The notes beneath the pieces were generated by a model. The model saw only the letters and a program-made list of their open reading frames with translations. It was not told the DNA's origin and did not search any database. From Alphaproteobacteria bacterium (GTDB lineage Bacteria; Pseudomonadota; Alphaproteobacteria; GCA-2731375), in assembly GCA_965225945.1 (NCBI GenBank), contig CBDDBZ010000036.1, positions 224,001 to 288,000 of the forward strand: a stretch of DNA of 64,000 bases, in the 5' to 3' direction. Below, piece after piece: positions 10,722 through 19,878 of this stretch (within the stretch, counting starts at the first letter, position 1; each line of letters begins with the position of its first letter). The position numbers and the translations under genes are program-made.

Positions 10722-10827
10722 TTGCGAATTGCCGTTTTCGGCCATGTCTTGCCTCCCCTTCGATCTCGCTTCCGACGTCCCTCGTCCGTTGTTCCCGATG
10801 ATAGCCTGATAATATCGCTTTGGATAT

Positions 10828-10845
10828 CGTTTTGTGATACAAACG
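10828..10845. promoter_or_regulatory. Possible IclR operator (imperfect palindrome CGTTTTGTGATACAAACG)
   Basis: AT-rich dyad in the short divergent gap between the SBP56 start and the IclR gene. Confidence 0.35.
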
Positions 10846-10864
10846 TCTGTCAAGTGAGAAGCCG

Positions 10865-11626
10865 ATGCATCTGGACCGCGTCATATCCGTGCTCGAGGTC
10901 GTCGCCGTCGCCGGCCGCCCCGTCTCCGCGGCGGAATTGCGGCGGGCGACCGGCTTGCCCAGGCCGACCTGCTATCGCTTGCTGCAAAGCTTGGCGGACC
11001 ATCGTCTGCTGGACGATCCGGAAGGCAATTCGAGGTACCTGGTCGGCGAGCGGCTGATCCGGATCGCCCTTCTCGGCCAAGCCGACGTCGACGTGCGCCA
11101 CGCGGCCGCGCCGACGATGAAGGACGCCGCGATAGAATTCGGCGAGGCCGTGTTTCTCTCCCGGTTTCGCAACAAGGGAGTCGAGATCATCCATGTCGAG
11201 ACGCCGGCCGATCCGGCGCGCGCCTTCATCCATCCGGGCCTGGGCTATCGCCCGATGCATGCCTGTTCTTGCTCCAAGGTGATCGCGGCCTTCGCGGAGG
11301 AAGATTTCCGGGAGGATATCTTCAACGGGCCGTTGAAGGCCTACACCGAGCATACCAAGATCACGCGGGACGAACTGCGAGGTGAATTCGCCGACATCCG
11401 GGCCCGGGGCTATGCCGAATGTGTCGAAGAGATCGAGATGGGCGTCTCGAGCGTCGCCGCGCCGGTCCGAATCGGCACTATCGGCGCCACGTTCAGCCTG
11501 GGCGCGACCGGCCCCATTCGCAGATTCAACCATACCCGTCGCGCCGAGATCGGCGCCGAGCTCAAGCAACTCGCCTCGAAAGTCAGCTCCGCGATCAGGT
11601 TATACAACACCGCCGAGCCCGCATAG
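10865..11626 (+). CDS. IclR-family transcriptional regulator
   Basis: wHTH LRRATGLPRPTCYRLLQSL; C-terminal GYAECVEE..SVAAPV. Confidence 0.9.
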   Translation: MHLDRVISVLEVVAVAGRPVSAAELRRATGLPRPTCYRLLQSLADHRLLDDPEGNSRYLVGERLIRIALLGQADVDVRHAAAPTMKDAAIEFGEAVFLSRFRNKGVEIIHVETPADPARAFIHPGLGYRPMHACSCSKVIAAFAEEDFREDIFNGPLKAYTEHTKITRDELRGEFADIRARGYAECVEEIEMGVSSVAAPVRIGTIGATFSLGATGPIRRFNHTRRAEIGAELKQLASKVSSAIRLYNTAEPA

Positions 11627-11764
11627 GCCGGCCGGTCGAGGGACACCGTTGCGAGCCCCCACCCCCCTGTTTTCCCCCGTCGTCCCCCGCCGTTGTCGCT
11701 TGCCGAGGCGGCGTGGCGGTTGTAGCGTCCCGCCCTATTCGGGCCATCATCGGGGAGTGCTGCC

Positions 11765-12505
11765 ATGCAATTGATGGAGCAACGTCGGCAACTCGCCTGC
11801 GCGTTGCGCTGGGCGGCGCGGTTGAACCTGCATGAGGGGGTGGACAATCATTTCTCGCTCGCCGTCCCGGACGAGGACGGCGTGATGCGCGGCAATCGCT
11901 TCCTGATCAATCCCTGCGGCTTTCATTGGTCGGAGATCGACGCCTCCTCCCTCGTCCTCTGCGACGACGAGGGCACGGCGCTGGAGGGCGAGAACTGGGT
12001 CGAGCCGACCGCCTTCTACATCCACGGCCGGGTCCATATCAACCTGCCGAGCGCGGTCTGCGTGCTGCACACCCACATGCCCTACGCGACCGCTCTCACG
12101 CTGCTGGAGGGCGGGCGGCTGGAGATGTGCGAGCAGAACGCGCTCTCCTTCGACGATCGCATCGCCTATGACGACGACTATGGGGGCCTGGCGCTGGATC
12201 GCGACGAGGGTGATCGCCTCGCCCGCAAAATCGGCAACAAGAACGTCGTCTTCATGGCCAACCACGGCATCCTGGTGACCGGCGCCTCGGTGGCGGAGGC
12301 CTTCAACGACCTCTATTACCTGGAGCGGGCGGCGATGTTCCAGGTGCTGGCCAAGTCCACCGGCGGCAAGCTGAAAATGGTCTCCGAGGAGGTCCGCGAG
12401 GCGGTGAAGGCGCAGTATGGCGAGCAGCGCGCCAAGGTCGCCGAGCGCCATTTCACCGCGCTCAGGCGCATCCTCGACCGCGAGGCGCCGGAATACCTCA
12501 ACTGA
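11765..12505 (+). CDS. Class II aldolase/adducin-family protein
   Basis: NHFS, VLHTHMPYATAL, ANHG metal-binding histidines. Confidence 0.85.
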   Translation: MQLMEQRRQLACALRWAARLNLHEGVDNHFSLAVPDEDGVMRGNRFLINPCGFHWSEIDASSLVLCDDEGTALEGENWVEPTAFYIHGRVHINLPSAVCVLHTHMPYATALTLLEGGRLEMCEQNALSFDDRIAYDDDYGGLALDRDEGDRLARKIGNKNVVFMANHGILVTGASVAEAFNDLYYLERAAMFQVLAKSTGGKLKMVSEEVREAVKAQYGEQRAKVAERHFTALRRILDREAPEYLN

Positions 12506-12558
12506 GCGCCGATCGCGCCCTACGAGCGCCCGTCGTGGGCCATGCGGTCTCCGCGGGC

Positions 12559-13887
12559 TCAGGGATCCGGGGCTCGGCCGTCCAGGGCGTCGCGGATCGC
12601 TTGGTCCAGGATCTCCAGACCGCTGTCGATCTCGTTTCGCGTGGCGGTGAGGGGCGGCGCGAAGCGCATGGTGCTCTGAAAATCGGAGCACACCGTGTGC
12701 AGCACCATGCCGAGCTCCAGGGCGCGATGCTGTACCCGGGCGGCGAGGGTGCGGTCGGCCTGTCGGCTCTCGCGATTCGTGACCATCTCCAAGCCGATCA
12801 GCAGGCCCCGACCCCGAAGGTCGCCGATGCACTCATGGCACTGTTGCAGATCGCGCAAGCCGGCCAGAAAATAGTCGCCGAGCTCGCTCGCCCGCTCGGC
12901 CAGCTTCTCCTCGCGAAGAATTCTCAGCACGGCGACGCCGACGGCGGCGGGCAGCGGGTCCGACAGGTGCGAGGTGTAGAAGAGGAAATCCTCGTCGACG
13001 CAGGCCTGCTCGATCTCGTCGCTGGTGATCGTGGCGGAAAGCGGCACGCCGTTGCCGAGCGTCTTGGAGAGCGAGAGCAGGTCCGGCGCCACGCCATCGT
13101 GCTCGAAGGCGAAGTTGGTGCCGGTGCGACCCAGCCCGGTTTGCGCCTCGTCCAGGATCAGCAGCATGTCGCGTTTCCCCGCCAGCGCCTTCAAGCGCGC
13201 CAGATAGCCGTCCGGCGGCACGATGACGCCGCCCGAGCTCTGGATCGGCTCGGCGATGACGGCGGCGGGGGCGCCGCTCGACTGTGCGTCGTATAGTTCG
13301 AAGCCGACTTCGAGGCAGGTCATGTCACAGGCATCGCGGCAGTGGCGGATCGGACAGCGGTAGCAGTTGGGGTTGGGGAGGAGCGTGACGCCGGGCGTGG
13401 TCGGTCCATGGCCCGCGCGACCGCCGTTCATGGTGACCGCCTGGGCCCCGCCGGTCTGACCGTGCCAGGAGCCGGCGAGCGCCAGCACCTCCCAGCCGCC
13501 CGTCGCCGTCTTGGCCATGCGGAGCGCGGCCTCGTTGCTCTCGCCGCCGGTCGACAGGAACATCATGCGGCTCAAGCTCGGCGGCAGGATGGCCGCCAAT
13601 TCTCTCGCGAGCCGGGCCACCGCCGGGCTCATCACGCCGCTGAAGAGATGGATGACGTCGCGGCAGCTTTGCTCGATCGCCTCGACCACGGCCGGATGAT
13701 TGTGGCCCAGCGTCGCGCACATCTGGCCCGAGCAGAAGTCCAAGATGGCGCGGCCGGTCTCGTCGTGGATGTAGCTGCCCGAGGCCCGGACGCCGAAATA
13801 GGGCGCGAAGGTCGTGCCGTAGCGGAAGATGTGGCGCTCCACCGCCGCCCGCAACTCCGTCGCCTCGGAAGAAGTGATTTCGCTCAT
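12559..13887 (-). CDS. Class III PLP aminotransferase, 2,2-dialkylglycine decarboxylase-like
   Basis: DFCSGQM..LGHNHP, STGGESNEAA, EPIQSSGG, DEAQTG, SKTLG, YTSHLSDPLPAAVG. Confidence 0.85.
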   Translation of the reverse strand: MSEITSSEATELRAAVERHIFRYGTTFAPYFGVRASGSYIHDETGRAILDFCSGQMCATLGHNHPAVVEAIEQSCRDVIHLFSGVMSPAVARLARELAAILPPSLSRMMFLSTGGESNEAALRMAKTATGGWEVLALAGSWHGQTGGAQAVTMNGGRAGHGPTTPGVTLLPNPNCYRCPIRHCRDACDMTCLEVGFELYDAQSSGAPAAVIAEPIQSSGGVIVPPDGYLARLKALAGKRDMLLILDEAQTGLGRTGTNFAFEHDGVAPDLLSLSKTLGNGVPLSATITSDEIEQACVDEDFLFYTSHLSDPLPAAVGVAVLRILREEKLAERASELGDYFLAGLRDLQQCHECIGDLRGRGLLIGLEMVTNRESRQADRTLAARVQHRALELGMVLHTVCSDFQSTMRFAPPLTATRNEIDSGLEILDQAIRDALDGRAPDP

Positions 13888-14031
13888 GTCCGCCTCGCCC
13901 CTCGCTCGCTCGCCGGCCGCAGCATCGCCGAAACCCCGCTCTTGCGAAAGCGAAATTCCACTCCGACGCGCGCCCGTGTTAGCCTTGCGCCGTGGATGTG
14001 GGGAAACGACCCCGCGCTCGGAGCCGGTTCC

Positions 14032-15018
14032 ATGGACGCGGCGGAGCTTCACCGGGACGCCTTGCTGATCGACGGCCTCATCATCTCGCGGTGGAGCCGT
14101 TCGGTCTTCGAGGATATGGCGCTGGGCGGCGTCAATGCCGCCAACTGCACCTGCAGCGTCTGGGAGGGCTTCCGCGACACGATGCGCAACATCGCCCGCT
14201 GGAAGGCCTGGATCGACGAGAACGACGACCTCCTGACCCCGGTCATGGCGATCGACGACATCCCCAGAGCCAAGGCGGAGGGACGGGTCGGTATCATTCT
14301 CGGCTGGCAGAACACCAGCGCCATTGAGGATCGGATCGAATATCTCCGGCTCTTCCGCGATCTCGGCGTTCGGGTGATGCAGCTCACCTACAATACGCAG
14401 AACTTGGTCGGCAGCGGCTGTTGGGAAGGCCGGGACGGCGGGCTTTCCGACTTCGGGCGCGACGTGATCGACGAGATGAATCGCCTCGGCATTCTGATCG
14501 ACCTGAGCCATGTCGGACCCCGCACCAGCGAGGACGCGATCGCCCATTCCAAGGTTCCGCTCGCCTATACCCACTGCTGCCCGAGTGGCCTACGCATGCA
14601 TCCCCGCAACAAGAGCGACGACCAGCTGCGCGCGATCGTGGCGCGAGGTGGCTTCGTCGGCGTCGCCACCTATCCCCCGTTTTTGCCCAAGGGCGCCCAG
14701 AGCACGGTGGACGATTGCGTCGAGGCGTTTGCCTACGTCGTCGATCTCGTCGGCGAGGACCACGTCGGCATCGGCACCGATTTCACTCAAGGTCAGGGTC
14801 CCGCCTTCTTCGAATGGCTCCGCGCCGACAAGGGCGACGGCCGATCGCTGGCGCCGGGCATGACCACCGACGTCACGATGCCGATCGGCTTCGAGCGCAT
14901 TGCGGATTACCCAAACCTCACCGCCGCGATGCTGCGCTGCGGCTGGAGCGAGGCGCGCGTGCGCAAGATCATGGGAGAAAACTGGTTACGCTTTCTGGGC
15001 GAGGTCTGGAACTCCTGA
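14032..15018 (+). CDS. Membrane (renal-type, M19) dipeptidase family protein
   Basis: QLTYN, DLSHVG, HPRNKSD, GIGTDF, KIMGENWLR. Confidence 0.88.
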   Translation: MDAAELHRDALLIDGLIISRWSRSVFEDMALGGVNAANCTCSVWEGFRDTMRNIARWKAWIDENDDLLTPVMAIDDIPRAKAEGRVGIILGWQNTSAIEDRIEYLRLFRDLGVRVMQLTYNTQNLVGSGCWEGRDGGLSDFGRDVIDEMNRLGILIDLSHVGPRTSEDAIAHSKVPLAYTHCCPSGLRMHPRNKSDDQLRAIVARGGFVGVATYPPFLPKGAQSTVDDCVEAFAYVVDLVGEDHVGIGTDFTQGQGPAFFEWLRADKGDGRSLAPGMTTDVTMPIGFERIADYPNLTAAMLRCGWSEARVRKIMGENWLRFLGEVWNS

Positions 15019-15024
15019 TATCGA

Positions 15025-15124
15025 TGGCCTGCTGGAGGGGGCCAAGGGCGTGCAGCTCGCGGAGCTCGGCCGCCAAAGCTGGGCCGAGCGGCGCGTTGTG
15101 GACGTCCCGCCGCTCGAGGCGTAG
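15025..15124 (+). pseudogene. 3' remnant of a Gfo/Idh/MocA-type oxidoreductase
   Basis: Start-less frame LLEGAKGVQLAELGRQSWAERRVVDVPPLEA* resembles the C-terminus of that family. Confidence 0.55.
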
Positions 15125-15208
15125 GGGGCGATCCGGCCGCCGCCGGGAGATTCCGCGTATGCGGATCATGCTATAGGCTCGGAGCGCTTGGGGTTATCGA
15201 GACAGAGC

Positions 15209-15973
15209 ATGAGCAAGACCGTCACCGCCGCCTTGGTGATCATCGGCAACGAGATCCTTTCGGGAAGGGTTCGCGACGAGAACCTGCCGTTTCTCGCCGA
15301 GCGGCTGAACGAGACCGGCGTGCAGCTTCGCGAGTGTCGCGTCGTGCGCGACGTCGAGGCCGAGATCGTCGCCGCCGTCAACGCGCTCAGGGAAACCCAC
15401 GACTATGTCTTCACCACCGGCGGCATCGGCCCCACGCACGACGACATCACCGCCGACAGCGTGGCCGCCGCATTCGACCTGCCGATCGACTACCATCCCG
15501 AGGCGCGGGCGCGGCTGGAGGCTCACTATGCGCGGACCGGCGCCGAGCTGAACGAGGCCCGCCTCCGCATGGCGCGGGTGCCCGAGGGCGGGCGCCTCGT
15601 CGACAATCCGATCAGCACCGCCCCCGGCTTCCGCGTCGCCAACGTTTTCGTGCTCGCGGGCGTGCCGGTGGTGATGCGGGCGATGTTCGAGAGCCTGCGG
15701 CACGAACTCGACGGCGGCGCGCCGGTTCGCTCGCTGGCGATCGCAGTGCAGCTCTCGGAGGGCACGATGGCCCGGGGTTTGGGTGCGCTGCAGCAACGCT
15801 ACCCTGACATCGACATCGGCTCCTACCCGTTCTATCGTGACGGCAAGGTCGGGACGTCGATCGTCTCGCGCGGCACCGACGAGGCGGCGCTCGCCGCGCT
15901 CGGAGAGGAGCTTCGCGGCTTGATGCGCGAGCTCGGCGGCGCGCCGCTCGAGGAAGCGAACGCCCCTGCCTGA
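15209..15973 (+). CDS. CinA-like molybdopterin-binding domain protein
   Basis: IIGNEILSG..DEN, TTGGIGPTHDDIT, LAGVP. Confidence 0.9.
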   Translation: MSKTVTAALVIIGNEILSGRVRDENLPFLAERLNETGVQLRECRVVRDVEAEIVAAVNALRETHDYVFTTGGIGPTHDDITADSVAAAFDLPIDYHPEARARLEAHYARTGAELNEARLRMARVPEGGRLVDNPISTAPGFRVANVFVLAGVPVVMRAMFESLRHELDGGAPVRSLAIAVQLSEGTMARGLGALQQRYPDIDIGSYPFYRDGKVGTSIVSRGTDEAALAALGEELRGLMRELGGAPLEEANAPA

Positions 15974-15992
15974 AGGAGCGCGCCGGAGCCTC

Positions 15993-16589
15993 ATGAGCGT
16001 CGATCAGGAGACGATTCTGCGACCGGCCGTGGCGGCGGATGCGGCCGATATCGCGCGGATCTACATCGCCACCTGGCGCGCCACCTATCACGGGATCGTG
16101 CCGGATCGCATCCTCGACGACATGGACCTCGGCCGCGAGACGCGCGATTGGCGCCGCACCATCGCCCGTCGCGACGCGCGGCACCATGTATCGGTGGCGG
16201 AACGCGGCGAGGACGGGGTCGTCGGCTTCGCCACGTTCGGTGCCGAACGCGTGGGCCACGGACGTCGACGGGGCGAAATCCATACCCTCTACGTCCTGCC
16301 GCGCCACCAGGGAGGCGGGCACGGCCGGCGGCTCGTGGCCGATGCGGCGGAGCAGATGCTGGCCGACGGTTTCGGCGATGCGGTGCTCTGGGTGCTCAAG
16401 GAAAATCAGCCGGCGCGGCGCTTCTACGAGCGCATGGGCGGCGTTTATGGCGGTGAGCGGGGAACCAAGCTCGGCGGCGTGGCGCTGCGCGTGATCTCCT
16501 ACGAATGGCCCTCGCTCGCCGCCTTGGAGGAGCGCGCGGCGGGCCTGGCCGAGATCCCCATTCCCAGCCGCTTCCGCGCCCTCGCCTGA
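15993..16589 (+). CDS. GNAT-family acetyltransferase
   Basis: LYVLPRHQGGGHG, WVLKENQPARRFYERMG. Confidence 0.9.
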   Translation: MSVDQETILRPAVAADAADIARIYIATWRATYHGIVPDRILDDMDLGRETRDWRRTIARRDARHHVSVAERGEDGVVGFATFGAERVGHGRRRGEIHTLYVLPRHQGGGHGRRLVADAAEQMLADGFGDAVLWVLKENQPARRFYERMGGVYGGERGTKLGGVALRVISYEWPSLAALEERAAGLAEIPIPSRFRALA

Positions 16590-16686
16590 CCCGGTATCGC
16601 GGTCATGCCCGGCGCGCGCTCGCCTCCGGGGCGCGACGATGCCGGCGCGGCGATTCCCCGGGGCGGGCGAAGTTTATGTCCGTTGG

Positions 16687-17909
16687 CATGGTACACGACG
16701 GCATTTACGTAGGACGTTGAAAAGGTTGTAGGATTCCCGATTCACTCCACGACGAGTCAAGAGGGAAATCATGCGAGACAACCCGATCAACGCCCTGCGT
16801 GAGACGCTACGATGCGGCTTCGCCTTTCGCAAGAGCCGTCTGGAGAGCCTTTGCGTCTTGGTCTTCGGCGTGTTCGTCGCCCGGACGGTGAACCTCTCTC
16901 ACTTGGCCTGCCACTTTCCGGGGCGCGCGCGATCCAGCTCCAACTATCGGCGCCTGCAACGGTTTTTCGAGCAAGTCGATTTCGATTACGATCGCCTCGC
17001 CGAGTTCCTGGTCGCGATGATGGGGCTCCAGGCGGGGCCGTGGCGGCTGACCATGGACCGGACCAACTGGCGGCTGGGTCGCCGCGACGTCAACATCTTG
17101 ATGATCGGCATCGTCAACCGCGCCATCGCCATTCCCGTGTGCTGGCGGGTGCTCGACAAGGCGGGCAATTCCAATACCAAGGAGCGGATCGCGATCCTCG
17201 AACACGTCCTCCGGCTCTTCGGGGTCGACAAGATCGCCAGCCTCCTGGCCGACCGGGAATTCATCGGCGACGCCTGGCTGGCATGGTTGCAGGAAAAGGC
17301 CATCCCCTTTCACATCCGCATCCGATCCAACATCAAGATCGCCAACACGCGTGGTCGCATGGTCAAGGCGAGGGAGCTGTTTCGCGACCTCAAACCCGGG
17401 GAAAGCCGCATCCTCTCCAACGCCAGGCGCCTCTCGGAGGCCAGAAAACCCAAGGCCAGGCCCGTCTTCGTCGCCGCGCTCCATCTCAAGACCGGCGAAC
17501 TGTTGATCGTCGTGACCAACGACGCGCCCGAGGAGGCCTTGGCCATCTACGCCCAGCGCTGGCAAATCGAGACCCTCTTCGCCGCCTTGAAAACCCGTGG
17601 CTTCAACCTCGAAGACACCCACATGACCGACCCGGAGCGCATCTCCAAGCTCACCGCCGTCCTTTCCATCACCTTCTGCTGGGCGCACAAAGTCGGCGAT
17701 TGGCTCCACGAGGCCGAGCCGATCCGCCTCAAAACCCACAAAAGGATGGCAAAATCCATCTTCCGATACGGTTTCGAGTGGATAAGGCGACAGCTCGTCA
17801 ATCCTATCGACAGGCGTCAAGCCATTGAGCTGATTCGTTTCCTCGTCCCCGGAAAACCACCAGTCCAGGTGCCCAGGCCAAAGCCAGCATGAACGAGTCG
17901 TGTACTGTG
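16687..17909 (+). mobile_element. IS4-family element, copy 1
   Basis: Ends CATGGTACACGAC / GTCGTGTACTGTG; 9-bp TSD GTCCGTTGG at 16678-16686 and 17910-17918. Confidence 0.93.
16771..17892 (+). CDS. IS4-family transposase
   Basis: MDRTNW, ADREF, YAQRWQIETLFAALK (YREK motif). Confidence 0.93.
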   Translation: MRDNPINALRETLRCGFAFRKSRLESLCVLVFGVFVARTVNLSHLACHFPGRARSSSNYRRLQRFFEQVDFDYDRLAEFLVAMMGLQAGPWRLTMDRTNWRLGRRDVNILMIGIVNRAIAIPVCWRVLDKAGNSNTKERIAILEHVLRLFGVDKIASLLADREFIGDAWLAWLQEKAIPFHIRIRSNIKIANTRGRMVKARELFRDLKPGESRILSNARRLSEARKPKARPVFVAALHLKTGELLIVVTNDAPEEALAIYAQRWQIETLFAALKTRGFNLEDTHMTDPERISKLTAVLSITFCWAHKVGDWLHEAEPIRLKTHKRMAKSIFRYGFEWIRRQLVNPIDRRQAIELIRFLVPGKPPVQVPRPKPA

Positions 17910-17920
17910 GTCCGTTGGAA

Positions 17921-18700
17921 TCACTCGAAGGTATCCTTCGCCATCGCGGCGGCATAGTCGGGGGCTTGATCCCTCGGCGTGGTGGCGACGATGGCGAGTT
18001 CGCTGATCATGGCGCGGCGTGGCAGGCCTACGGCCATCAACACGGCCGCCGAGATGTCTTCCGGCAACATCATCAGCGCCCGCTTGGCCTCGTCGGGCGG
18101 CAGCGCGCGCAGGTCGAGGATCGGCGTGTCGACCTCGCCCGGGAACACCGTGGTGCAGCGGATGCCGTGCGGGCGCACTTCGCTCGCCAGCACGTCCATA
18201 TAGGCCCGGGCTGCGGATTTGGCGGCGCTGTAGGCGACGCCGGCCATGACGTTCGGACGGATCGCCGCCATCGAGGAGATCATCACGACGTCGCCCCGGC
18301 CCGTCTCGATCATCGCCGGCAGCAACGCCCGCGTCAGCATCGCCGGCCCCAGCGTATTGACGTCCATGACGTCGCGCCACTCCTCGGCCCCGATATGGCG
18401 CGTGCTGCGAATGTGGGAGCTGAAGCCCGCGTTGTTGATCAGGATGTCGACCGCGCCATGCCGGGCGAGCAGGCCTTCGGCGAAGCGCTCGATCACCGCC
18501 GGATCGGTCATGTCGCAGGTCTCGCCATCGGCCGTGCCGCCGCCCTCGGCGATCGCCCGGACGGTCTCCTCCAAGGGCTCGCGGCGTCGACCGCAGACGG
18601 TGACCCGGGCTCCGGCCTGGGCGAGATCGAGGGCTACCGCGCGGCCGATCCCCGAGCCGCCGCCCGTCACCAGTGCGATCCGTCCGTCGAGTGATTCCAT
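17921..18700 (-). CDS. Short-chain dehydrogenase/reductase
   Basis: TGGGSGIG, NNAG, YSAAK. Confidence 0.9.
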   Translation of the reverse strand: MESLDGRIALVTGGGSGIGRAVALDLAQAGARVTVCGRRREPLEETVRAIAEGGGTADGETCDMTDPAVIERFAEGLLARHGAVDILINNAGFSSHIRSTRHIGAEEWRDVMDVNTLGPAMLTRALLPAMIETGRGDVVMISSMAAIRPNVMAGVAYSAAKSAARAYMDVLASEVRPHGIRCTTVFPGEVDTPILDLRALPPDEAKRALMMLPEDISAAVLMAVGLPRRAMISELAIVATTPRDQAPDYAAAMAKDTFE

Positions 18701-19269
18701 GCCTCACTATTCCCCTTCGCCGTCGAAACCCGGGCGCGCCCGGTGATGGCGAAATCCGGGCGCGCGCGGGACCATATCAAGCCGACCGGCGGCCGCCTAG
18801 GGAGACGCCGGGTTGGCTTAGTCCCCATCCACCCTCGCCATGGTGCGCCGTATCGCCACGCTCGGAAGCGCCGGATCGCCAGTGCCGACGCTTCTTCGAG
18901 GGAGCGGAGAGAGGTTCGAAATTCTCGGTGAACGGGCCGACGCCAGGGCCAAACTGGTGCTGCATTGCTCGATCGGGGGCCGCGATGTTCGCGCCACGGT
19001 CGCCGCCGAGGGAAGGTTGGGAGACCAGGTGGCACGACATGCAGGGCGGCCCGGGTGGCGACCGGCGCGCTCGAGACCGATGGCGATGGGTACAATATCG
19101 GCCGCGATGTGGCAGGATAGGCGGAACGGTGGCACGATGCGGTGATGATACGCCGTGTGGAGCGGTCACGTTTCGGCGGGGAGACGGGCGTGGGAAAACA
19201 GTCGGGCGGGGCGAGCATCGGGCGAGAGATCGATGCCTCTGGCCGTAACGCGAGGCCGGGAGTCTGACC

Positions 19270-19878
19270 ATGCCCGAGGAACGCGACCCCGTGGCGGACG
19301 AGGGCTCGAACCGACGGTTTCGGCGCTGGAATGTCCAAATTCCGATCTTCGTCGAAGCCGACGACCAGACTCACTACTGCACCGTCTACGACATCTCGCC
19401 CGGCGGTGCGCTGGTCCGACCGTTGCAGATCGGCGCCATGCCCATCGGCGCCACCGTCGTCGTCGATCTGGAACACTTCGGTCACCTCAGGGCCGAGGTC
19501 CGCCATCACACCAAGGGCGTGGTCGGGCTGCAATTCCTGCACGACGCCACGGCGGAGCAGGCGTTGTCCCGTTGGCTGATGACGACGCGGCCGGAACGCC
19601 GCCAAATTCGCTATCCTTGCAACCTCGAAGCCAAGATCGTCACCAACAACCGGGAACTGGATTGCGTCATCTTCGACCTGTCCCGCTCCGGCGCCGGCGT
19701 GCGCTCGGCCCAGGCCGATCGCCTCGTCGTGGCGAGCGAGGTGCTGCTGAAGTGGCCGGACTACGGGACGATGGCCACGGTGATCCGCCACATTGAGGAC
19801 GACATGATCGGCCTGGCGCTGCTCGACGGATACGATGGCCAACTTCCCCCCGGCGGCGCCAAGACCACGGAATCTTGA
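19270..19878 (+). CDS. Tandem PilZ-domain (c-di-GMP-binding) protein
   Basis: RRFRR..DISPGG and RRQIR..DLSRSG: two RxxxR + DxSxxG motifs. Confidence 0.8.
   Translation: MPEERDPVADEGSNRRFRRWNVQIPIFVEADDQTHYCTVYDISPGGALVRPLQIGAMPIGATVVVDLEHFGHLRAEVRHHTKGVVGLQFLHDATAEQALSRWLMTTRPERRQIRYPCNLEAKIVTNNRELDCVIFDLSRSGAGVRSAQADRLVVASEVLLKWPDYGTMATVIRHIEDDMIGLALLDGYDGQLPPGGAKTTES

Larger units (their letters stand above)
8345..10745 (-). pseudogene. Selenium-binding protein 56 / methanethiol oxidase-like, split near its start by IS1595 (body 8345-9693 intact; native ATG at 10745)
   Basis: DELHHMGWNACSSC, YDFWYQPRHNVMVSSEW, GGPQMIQLSLDGKRLY, RYPGGDCTSDIW; removing the IS and one TSD restores MAENGNSQCRGPGYASP. 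Confidence 0.9.

Noticed and set aside
18700-19270. c-di-GMP riboswitch upstream of the PilZ gene
   Set aside because: No recognisable class I or II aptamer motif by eye.
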